Below, piece by piece: positions 1 to 7,451 of a DNA stretch of 64,000 nucleotides. A program made the position numbers and the translations under genes. The notes below the pieces were generated by a model. The model saw only the letters and a list, made by a program, of their open reading frames with translations. It did not search any database and was not told where the DNA came from. The stretch is from a virus, in IMG/VR virus record IMGVR_UViG_3300020057_000001, positions 96,072 through 160,071 of that record. One strand, 5' to 3'. The stretch's first letter is position 1. Every line of letters begins with the position of its first letter.

Positions 1-1092
1 TTTCAGTTCCGTTGCGTCTTTAACTTTCATGAGTACCTTCCGAGCAAGGTCAAGTTGATTGACGCACAAGGCTTCCATATGTGTTTTAGACGTGATGTTA
101 AACTCAGGAAGGATCTCTACAATCTTTTTCTTAAACTTAGACTGCTCTTTGATCTTAAGCGCTTGCCGCACTGCCATAATAGGATCAGCGAATTCTTGAA
201 AAAAGACTTGGTCAATATCTGCTACTTCTTTGTTTACGTCTTTGACGTATTGCAATAAAGCCGCGCGATCGACGTTAATCCCAGTTATTTGTGCGTCTAC
301 AATTAAATGCGCCATGCTCATAAATAGCTCGTGGTCGGTTTCCCAGTCGTACTTCTGTGCAGCGAAACTGTTCGCTATAAACCGCGCAAGCTTAAGCGTG
401 CAGTCAGTGTCACCAACGTTGTACTCCTCAAGCGCCGTATCGTCAGCGAGATAGATGTACTTCATAAGATTCTTTTTAGTCATTTTGATTTCCTTGGTGA
501 CAAATTTTGTCTCCCAGGTACCGCTAAAAAAAATAGCGTCGTCGTGCTCCACGCCGTCGTCGAGCCAGACACGTTCACCATCGTCGTCGATAATTGCTAG
601 GCGTTGGTCTTTTCCATTGTCGTCGGGGGTCCAAGTTTTTTCTGTAAGGGATTTGTTAGTCTGGGCAAGAGCTACCTGTTGTTTCAGGTGCTCATAAAAT
701 TTTTGCTTGTGCCCGACGAGGTGCGGGAGGATGCGGGCTAGCGAGTCGTCTAGACCGAAGCCCTCACCCATTTCGTTTGCGTGACCAAAAAGCTGCGAAA
801 GGCGCATGCTGTCGTATTTAAGATTTAAGTTTAGCTCGGGAAATCGGCACTTAATAACGAGTAGCTCAAAGCCCACGTTGTGGGCTACAAGTGGAATTTG
901 TGCGTCCGAGAGCATTTTCAAGAAAGCGCGAACTTGATCTTCACCTTTGGCAAAGTATGTCTGCGTAATATCGTCGTCGGGATCGCCGACAAGCCAGCTT
1001 GCTGCTACGGAGAGTACGCGAAAATCGGGCTCCCACGCGTTTAGTCCAGTCGTTTCGAAGTCTATGCATATTAAATTTGAAAAATTTATCAT
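1..1092 (-). CDS. polA: Family A DNA polymerase, N-terminal part (3'-5' exonuclease domain); runs off the window start
   Basis: Not in the ORF track. Manual translation from ATG 1092 gives MINFSNLICIDFETTGL...AHNVGFE...YDSMRL...EEYNVGDTDCT...GINVDRAAL...FNITS. This has ExoI/II/III motifs and the PolA G-x-x-VD and FN-x-x-S thumb motifs. Confidence 0.8.
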   Translation of the reverse strand, partial: MINFSNLICIDFETTGLNAWEPDFRVLSVAASWLVGDPDDDITQTYFAKGEDQVRAFLKMLSDAQIPLVAHNVGFELLVIKCRFPELNLNLKYDSMRLSQLFGHANEMGEGFGLDDSLARILPHLVGHKQKFYEHLKQQVALAQTNKSLTEKTWTPDDNGKDQRLAIIDDDGERVWLDDGVEHDDAIFFSGTWETKFVTKEIKMTKKNLMKYIYLADDTALEEYNVGDTDCTLKLARFIANSFAAQKYDWETDHELFMSMAHLIVDAQITGINVDRAALLQYVKDVNKEVADIDQVFFQEFADPIMAVRQALKIKEQSKFKKKIVEILPEFNITSKTHMEALCVNQLDLARKVLMKVKDATELK

Positions 1093-1104
1093 AGAGACCC
1101 GCTT

Positions 1105-1827
1105 TCATTTATTTAACATCTCTAAAAGATAAGTATGTTTCGCCACGTAATTCGCGGTTTCCGTGTTAATTGCCGTAAGGGCTTCTAAAGATTTTAGAGA
1201 TTTGGAGTACAGACCTGCGTTGTACGCAACAAGCGTTAAGGCAACAGATCCATTTACTCTTTCATTGATCAGGTTAAACAAGCACGCAGAAATATTTAAA
1301 TTCACGACAGGCTCGTTTAGATCGTGTGCATCGAGTTTTTCTTGAAACCCGCAGCGCAGCGAGAAATCAGATGCCGTAGGTGGAGTAACTTGCCCGACGC
1401 CTCTAGCGCCTGCGGAAGATTTAGCGTCTGGTGAGAAGGCACTCTCGATAGCGAGTGTAGCAATCCAAGCATTCCTAAGTTCAATGCTAGGTAGGCGCTT
1501 TACAGCGGTCTGTGCAATTAAAGCAGCCATTGATGTCCTCTGATACGTCGACAAGGGCGATCTAGATATTTCCATTGCGTTTAGCGTAAGACTAATAATA
1601 CGCAGAAATTCTAGGTCTGCAAGACGCGCCGTCTCTTCTTTTTTCTCGAACTCGACCACCTTGGACTGCAACGCTTGAACTTTCTCGTCTACGCTAGAAA
1701 GAGCTAAAGTTTCGGCGGAGAACCTTAAAGAATTATAGCCGAGCACTATAAACACGCCTAAGATAAGAACAGCAACACCAACTCGAAAAAACCGTCGCAA
1801 AAAAGATCTAACTTGAATATATAGCAT
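1105..1827 (-). CDS. Lytic transglycosylase (SLT domain) with N-terminal transmembrane anchor and coiled coil
   Basis: SLT motifs AIESAF (catalytic Glu), SSAGARGVGQV, AYNAG and ETANYV. Hydrophobic segment at aa 17-31. AGGAGG RBS. Confidence 0.85.
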   Translation of the reverse strand: MLYIQVRSFLRRFFRVGVAVLILGVFIVLGYNSLRFSAETLALSSVDEKVQALQSKVVEFEKKEETARLADLEFLRIISLTLNAMEISRSPLSTYQRTSMAALIAQTAVKRLPSIELRNAWIATLAIESAFSPDAKSSAGARGVGQVTPPTASDFSLRCGFQEKLDAHDLNEPVVNLNISACLFNLINERVNGSVALTLVAYNAGLYSKSLKSLEALTAINTETANYVAKHTYLLEMLNK

Positions 1828-1849
1828 ACTTGATGCCTCCTAAATACAG

Positions 1850-1876
1850 TGTTCGGACGGGATGTCCGAAACTTTA
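1850..1876 (-). promoter_or_regulatory. sigma28/FliA-like promoter upstream of the transglycosylase
   Basis: TAAAGTTT-N11-TCCGAACA. Overlaps a perfect inverted repeat TTCGGAC-N5-GTCCGAA (1852-1870). Confidence 0.55.
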
Positions 1877-4006
1877 GCAAAAAATGACGTCGTCAAATGA
1901 CGAGTCGTTAACTCCATGTTCTACAAGTAATATTAATTTTGACTGCCCTACCACACGCAGATGGTCTAAGATATCATCTCGTAGTTCTGTGTGGCTTCCA
2001 GTGAGTGCTTCGTCGAGACAGAGAATAGGGGATGCGAACATGTCAGAAATAGCTAACTGCGCGGCTAACAAGCACCTATTTTCGGCGCCACCTGAAAAAT
2101 CTTCAATAGCCATCTCCAAGCCTTTATGAATAATCTTGAGCCCCATCTTAGCTCTGCGCTCGTCTTTTTTCGTAAAACTCTCATTTGTAATGAATATGTG
2201 TGTACCAGCATCGGGGAAAAAGAGGTCGATATAGTGTTTTAAATTTGTGTTTATGGCATTCACAATTGCGCTAACAGAAGACATCGTAGACTCGTCGCTG
2301 AGTTTTTTGAGTTTCGTAGCCGTTGTCACACTCTTCAGCAGAGAGTTCTCGCCCTCTACGACTTTGTTTAGGGATTCCTCTAGCAAAAGGTGCGCCTTGA
2401 GGGCAGCGCTAAAAGCTTGGTCTAGTGTAATGGCACGCTCTCGCGTTGCTTTACGAGCCAACCCCTCGGCTTGCTTCTGCTCTAGGTCTTTTAAAAAAGA
2501 CCTGTGGTCGGCTGAGCGGATGTTCAACGCATGCAAACTCTCTCTTATTAGGGTTTCATCTGGGAGATCTTGAACCCACTGCGCTGACAGGGTGCGCAGT
2601 TGATTGCGCTTAGACGCTAGGTTTTGTTCCAAAAAATGCAGATTGTTAATTTCTTGAACAACTACGGTCATTTCGGCATGTACATCTTGCTGTTTTTTAG
2701 TCGTGAGTTGTACGAGTTCTGTAAAGTCTGTGTCAGACACGGGGTGCGCTTTCGCTAAGAGCCCAGTACTCTCCTCAAACATCTGCCTTTGGACGACGCT
2801 TGCGGCCCTGTAGCGTTCCCAGTCGAGTACAAAACTAGCAGCCTGTTTCTCTTCTAGCTCTAAGGTATTTAGTGTCGCCACGAGTGCAGACTTAGCCGTG
2901 CCATCGTGTGAATGATGTAGTGTATTCGACGCTAACGTCAGGGGTGCTTGGCATGCAGGGCACTCATAGATAGACGTCATTGCATGAAGTGTTTGCGCTT
3001 TTTCAGCGGCTAACGTGGCAATACGTTGGCGAATCGCAGCAAGGTTAGCGTCTGCGGAAACAATCCCTTCCCTAGCTTGTTCGAGAGTTGTCGAGAGACC
3101 TGATTGAAGGGCTATCTGTAGCTTGTCGCGGGCTTGCTTCTTTAGCTCCTGCCTGTTGATTTGGTCAGATGCGTCCGCTAAAACGGCAGCCGCCTGTTGA
3201 ATCTCAGTGGAGAGGCTAAATTTGCGGGCGTCGAGGGCACTTCTTGTAGGTAGTGTATTCTCTAATGCCGCAATCTCAACTTGCAGGTTGTGAATAAGGG
3301 GAGCCAGCGTGCGGCTAGGGTGGTTTAGAAGGGCGGTTTGAGCCTGTATTGCGGAATCTACTTCGCGTATCTGTTGTCTAGCGTACTCAAACGTGTCACT
3401 AGACCACTGGTCGGTGTCCGCAGGTGGAACCGGAGGGTGATCGAGTGTCTCTAAGTGCGCTTTGCTGCGGGTTACGTTTTCTTGCGCCTGTGCTCGCAAG
3501 GACGTCTTGATGGTAAGATTCTGGGTGTACGACGTTAATTTGTCCTGTATAACTTTTTTATATTTCTCAGGGTCGTGGGCACCGAAAGCGAGCGTCTGGA
3601 TAAAGCGGACTTGATCCGCCGCACCTAGCGTAAGGAGTGACCCTCTAAGCTTCTGCTTGACGTAAGAGGAAGCAGAAAACTGCTCATGGCTCATACCAAG
3701 CACCCGCTGTATCTCAGCTTGTCCCACGTCGTTCTCAAGGTGGTCATTCACAATTAACCGACCCGGACCTTTAAAACGAGCTATGGAAGCAAGACCAGAA
3801 AAACCTGTAAGAATAACAGAGGCTTTAGTTTCACCCAACGGGGCGACCGCACGTATGGCTTCATCGCCGTAGAGCGCCCAGTTGATGGCTTGCAGTATTG
3901 TGCTCTTACCGGCCTCACTATTCCCTGCGATTCTTACTAACCCAGTCTGGGGTAATTCTATAGTTTTGTCTTTAAGTCCCTTAAATGCTTTAATCTCTAG
4001 TCTCAA
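1874..4006 (-). CDS. sbcC: SbcC/Rad50/T4 gp46-like SMC ATPase
   Basis: Walker A GNSEAGKST, Q-loop YVKQ, long coiled coil with zinc hook CPAC, signature FSGGAE, Walker B LCLDEA, H-loop VEH. Confidence 0.92.
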   Translation of the reverse strand: MRLEIKAFKGLKDKTIELPQTGLVRIAGNSEAGKSTILQAINWALYGDEAIRAVAPLGETKASVILTGFSGLASIARFKGPGRLIVNDHLENDVGQAEIQRVLGMSHEQFSASSYVKQKLRGSLLTLGAADQVRFIQTLAFGAHDPEKYKKVIQDKLTSYTQNLTIKTSLRAQAQENVTRSKAHLETLDHPPVPPADTDQWSSDTFEYARQQIREVDSAIQAQTALLNHPSRTLAPLIHNLQVEIAALENTLPTRSALDARKFSLSTEIQQAAAVLADASDQINRQELKKQARDKLQIALQSGLSTTLEQAREGIVSADANLAAIRQRIATLAAEKAQTLHAMTSIYECPACQAPLTLASNTLHHSHDGTAKSALVATLNTLELEEKQAASFVLDWERYRAASVVQRQMFEESTGLLAKAHPVSDTDFTELVQLTTKKQQDVHAEMTVVVQEINNLHFLEQNLASKRNQLRTLSAQWVQDLPDETLIRESLHALNIRSADHRSFLKDLEQKQAEGLARKATRERAITLDQAFSAALKAHLLLEESLNKVVEGENSLLKSVTTATKLKKLSDESTMSSVSAIVNAINTNLKHYIDLFFPDAGTHIFITNESFTKKDERRAKMGLKIIHKGLEMAIEDFSGGAENRCLLAAQLAISDMFASPILCLDEALTGSHTELRDDILDHLRVVGQSKLILLVEHGVNDSSFDDVIFC

Positions 4007-4008
4007 AA

Positions 4009-5010
4009 TTACACTCCTACTGCTGTTACGACCTCTTGAAAAAGGAAGTTTACGTCATTATCGGCGAGTTCGTCCACCATATGAGACAAAACATCTAAAT
4101 AAGTTTTACGGTCTGTGGAACTAGAGGAGAACACGACGTCGTCCGCCGCAAGTATTATTTTTACACCTAGCGCGTTAAATTCTTTGTAAGCATCGCTTTT
4201 CTTAAACTTTGAGAGTTCTAAGAAGGAGCCTGACAGCTTGAGACGAAAAGAGTCACCTGTGTTAAACAGCTCTACACGCGGTAGATTTTCTACCTTGCAC
4301 TCGTAGGTCAATTTTCGAGGAAGACCGAGCGAGATTAAATTTTCAGTGTACGTCCCTGCGCTGAAGTTAAATAGAGATATCGTCTTTTCCGCTACTTCGC
4401 CAAACGAGTGGTGAAAAGGTGTACCTACGTATATGACGTTTGAGTGAGGCTTTTGTCTATCGTGAAAGTGTCCCGCAATAAGAAGGGGCCAATTAGCGTC
4501 CCACCTGTCACCTTTTGCGCAGACGACTTTAGGCGCCATAAACGAGCCCTCGATTTCGGGGTGCGCAAACACCGCTGAAGATGTGCGCCAGTCGGGTAGC
4601 AAATCTAGAGCTTCTACAAGTCGTCCTGGCGGGGTGTACGGTGTGAAGGAAAATGATAAGCCACCTATAGTGGCTTGAGTAGGGTGGTCAACTATAGTGA
4701 TATTGCGTAGGTTTTTTAGAACTTTAAACGGATGGTCTGATTCAAGAAACCGTGAAGGCGCTACCATATCGTGATTACCGATAAGGAGGTAGACGGGTAC
4801 ATGTTCAGCTAGGCTCTTAATCCAATCGTATGCAGTGTTTAAAAGCGTACTGTGACAAACTGCGTGGGTGTGGTTAAGGTCGCCCGTGATCACTACAGCG
4901 TCGGGTTTGGTTTGCTTTACGACTTCTAACGTAGTCTCTGCCATCTTAAGAAAAACGGGTAGAGTACTCATTTGACAATGAGGGTCACCTATCACGAGAA
5001 CATTAGACAT
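4009..5010 (-). CDS. sbcD: SbcD/Mre11/T4 gp47-like metallophosphoesterase nuclease
   Basis: GDPH, GDLNH, GNHD and GHFH phosphoesterase motifs; adjacent to sbcC. Confidence 0.9.
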   Translation of the reverse strand: MSNVLVIGDPHCQMSTLPVFLKMAETTLEVVKQTKPDAVVITGDLNHTHAVCHSTLLNTAYDWIKSLAEHVPVYLLIGNHDMVAPSRFLESDHPFKVLKNLRNITIVDHPTQATIGGLSFSFTPYTPPGRLVEALDLLPDWRTSSAVFAHPEIEGSFMAPKVVCAKGDRWDANWPLLIAGHFHDRQKPHSNVIYVGTPFHHSFGEVAEKTISLFNFSAGTYTENLISLGLPRKLTYECKVENLPRVELFNTGDSFRLKLSGSFLELSKFKKSDAYKEFNALGVKIILAADDVVFSSSSTDRKTYLDVLSHMVDELADNDVNFLFQEVVTAVGV

Positions 5011-5031
5011 AAAATTTCCTTCGGTGCAAAT

Positions 5032-6465
5032 TTATTCGGCGCGCCATTTTGTATCGATAAGCATAACTAGTTGGCGTTGCTTACCCGTGTAAAGGATACC
5101 ATTGCAATGCATCCAAGTCGATGCACCCTTATCGTTGTACCCGAGTTTGAGAAAAGTTGAGGTTCCTACTTGCCAGCAGCCACCCGGATGGATACCGGGA
5201 CTATGCGAGTGACCCACAAAACAATCTCCGACCGCTTTAGATAATCCCGCTAGTCCGCCTTTAGAGCCGTTAAGTCCAAGGTGCCCATGTTGTGAAAACT
5301 CTACTCCTTCTACTTTAAATGATGCTGCGGCGGACAGCCAATTCCAACTTCCATCTGGGTCGGTAGCGTATGATAGTGGGTTGTGTCCTTGGCGAAGTTT
5401 TACTGCCAGTTCTAGCGCGATTTCGATGTTTTGTACATCGTTCACAAATCGCATTTCGTTCAGGTAGCGGCTTAAAAAGTAGTCGTGGTTACTCTCTTTA
5501 ACGTAGCATTCTGTGTGTGCGGGTAGAAAAGATTTAATCGTATTCAGTAGTTCGCCGCAGACCTCAAGTTCCGCGTCCAAAGTGGCGATATGTGTATGTA
5601 CGAGGGAACGGTCAATCTTTTTAGTTTCAATGTGATGATTCACAGAAGCGCCAGAAAATACGTCTTGAACAAACACTTTTTTAGGAAGGACTACAGATGC
5701 TAAGTCTTGTAAAAACGCTAGAGCCACAGGATCAGTTTCCCCAGCATGTAAGTCGCCGACTTCGATTGCCTCTGCTTGCTCTTTCCAAGTTGAGCCGTCA
5801 GCAAAGTAGCGTGTACCAAGGTCGATTATGGAGTTATTCTCAGCATGCGCCTGAAGTTGACGAAGATGAAAAATATCGTCGTCTATCTCTATTACCAGTG
5901 CGCCGTAAACGTGCCGCTGTTCCGCCAATTTGCCTGGACGAGTTGGTTGATAGTTGGGTTGCGTCACGACACCAGTTGAGTGCACGATACGTGGCAAAGA
6001 CCCGATCTTACCGGGCAGCATGCGCATGGATTGTACGGGTGCCGCAACAATAAGGCTGATTCGTTCACCATTGTCTAGCGACAGCTCGCTTAGACCCCGT
6101 AGAGGGTCTACGAGTTGCGGAACGTTTTGAATGTCAAAAGCAACAAGGTTTGAATTAAATCGGTAGCTCGTTACTAATTGACCACTTTTGAAATACTTTG
6201 TAAGAGGTGAATCGTAAAACTCGTCTTGTTTTTCTAAGGCGCGTTGATGCGGGCGCATCCCTAGAATGATAAGGGTGGCATTATTCTGATGGCAGTAGGC
6301 TTCAAGGCTTTTTAAAAAGTCTTTGTTCACGTACGCGTTCTGCACTGCGGCAGTAACGACAAAGCGCCCTTGTGTGTGGTCAGCCGTAATGTTCTGAGCT
6401 TCGAGGGAGTCTCGGGTAATTGCGTTGGGTTTTTTCTCTTTTTTAATCTTTGTCGTATCGGTCAT
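5032..6465 (-). CDS. T5 A1-like metallophosphoesterase-fold nuclease
   Basis: GDLHAG, SNHD, QHGHLGLNGSKG, GHSHSPGI, VGTS..LKLGYN and G-x-RQL..WR resemble the C-terminal pattern of T5 A1-family phage proteins. Confidence 0.7.
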   Translation of the reverse strand: MTDTTKIKKEKKPNAITRDSLEAQNITADHTQGRFVVTAAVQNAYVNKDFLKSLEAYCHQNNATLIILGMRPHQRALEKQDEFYDSPLTKYFKSGQLVTSYRFNSNLVAFDIQNVPQLVDPLRGLSELSLDNGERISLIVAAPVQSMRMLPGKIGSLPRIVHSTGVVTQPNYQPTRPGKLAEQRHVYGALVIEIDDDIFHLRQLQAHAENNSIIDLGTRYFADGSTWKEQAEAIEVGDLHAGETDPVALAFLQDLASVVLPKKVFVQDVFSGASVNHHIETKKIDRSLVHTHIATLDAELEVCGELLNTIKSFLPAHTECYVKESNHDYFLSRYLNEMRFVNDVQNIEIALELAVKLRQGHNPLSYATDPDGSWNWLSAAASFKVEGVEFSQHGHLGLNGSKGGLAGLSKAVGDCFVGHSHSPGIHPGGCWQVGTSTFLKLGYNDKGASTWMHCNGILYTGKQRQLVMLIDTKWRAE

Positions 6466-6472
6466 AAAACTC

Positions 6473-6772
6473 CTAGAGTCGTTGAAATGTGGACTTTTGA
6501 AAGCGGTTCAAGTTGTCTTCTTGGTCTTTTTTTCGAGCGTGTTCGTCTGACACTTTCTTTGATAAATGTGCTGAATCGTAAATGGGATACATATGCCGGT
6601 ATCCAATGCTCGTACCGACGGTGGTGATAGTTTTCGGGCTTTCTTTTAACCAAAGACACTCGCTGTCCGAACCATCCCGTTTACGAAACCCGTCCTCTAA
6701 GGGCTCTACTTCGTCGTCGAATAAGTCGAGTGTGCGATCGCAGTGCACACAGTGGAATTTGTACATCGGCAT
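6473..6772 (-). CDS. FmdB-like zinc-ribbon protein
   Basis: N-terminal MPMYKFHCVHC; packed tightly between its neighbours. Confidence 0.5.
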   Translation of the reverse strand: MPMYKFHCVHCDRTLDLFDDEVEPLEDGFRKRDGSDSECLWLKESPKTITTVGTSIGYRHMYPIYDSAHLSKKVSDEHARKKDQEDNLNRFQKSTFQRL

Positions 6773-6773
6773 T

Positions 6774-7451
6774 TCATGCCTCGACTATAGCGAAATGTTT
6801 GTTTTGCCAATTTTTAATTTCGTCAGTGGAAAGTTTCTTGAGCCAATTTTTAGAAGCGTTGTCAAAAAAGAACCCTTCAGCTTTTGCGAAGTCTTTTTGA
6901 TGAAACGAAACCAAGGCTTTAACCGTCTTTTTTGGCTGTAGAGCATCCTGTATAACACTGTCGAGGTTCGGTAGAGCGCATAAGATTTGAATCAACAAGC
7001 GCACGTCGGCTGCTGCCCTATGGAGTTTTAAAACAGGCAATCCAAGGTCAACGGCAATGTGCGAGAGTTTGCTGGCCTTCGTGCCCGTGATTCGAATGTC
7101 TTCGCGTGTGCAAAGAAAAGGGCGGTCGATCGGCAAGCCTAGCATCTGTAGGCGAGGAGCATCAAACTTTACGTTATGGGCGACAAGGGCGTCTGCTTGA
7201 GAAGCGTAGTAAGACAGTATACAAAGACCAACGTTGAGCCATTCAGGGCTAGAGGGGATTTCTTGAAGGGCTGCGTCAGGTATACCGTTGACGTGAAAGG
7301 TCGCGTTGAGTTTGTCAGTCTTCACCAAAAAACTAAACTCAGCCAGTACTTCTTTTGTCGTCGTAGACAAAAGAGCCCCTGCCACTTCAATAACAGGGTC
7401 GTCGGCGAGGTCGAGCCCTGTAGTTTCAGTATCTAGTACAAGTAGTTTCAC
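6774..7451 (-). CDS. DEDDh (DnaQ-like) 3'-5' exonuclease with small C-terminal domain
   Basis: LDTETTG, AHNVKFD, HRAAADV. Confidence 0.87.
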   Translation of the reverse strand: MKLLVLDTETTGLDLADDPVIEVAGALLSTTTKEVLAEFSFLVKTDKLNATFHVNGIPDAALQEIPSSPEWLNVGLCILSYYASQADALVAHNVKFDAPRLQMLGLPIDRPFLCTREDIRITGTKASKLSHIAVDLGLPVLKLHRAAADVRLLIQILCALPNLDSVIQDALQPKKTVKALVSFHQKDFAKAEGFFFDNASKNWLKKLSTDEIKNWQNKHFAIVEA

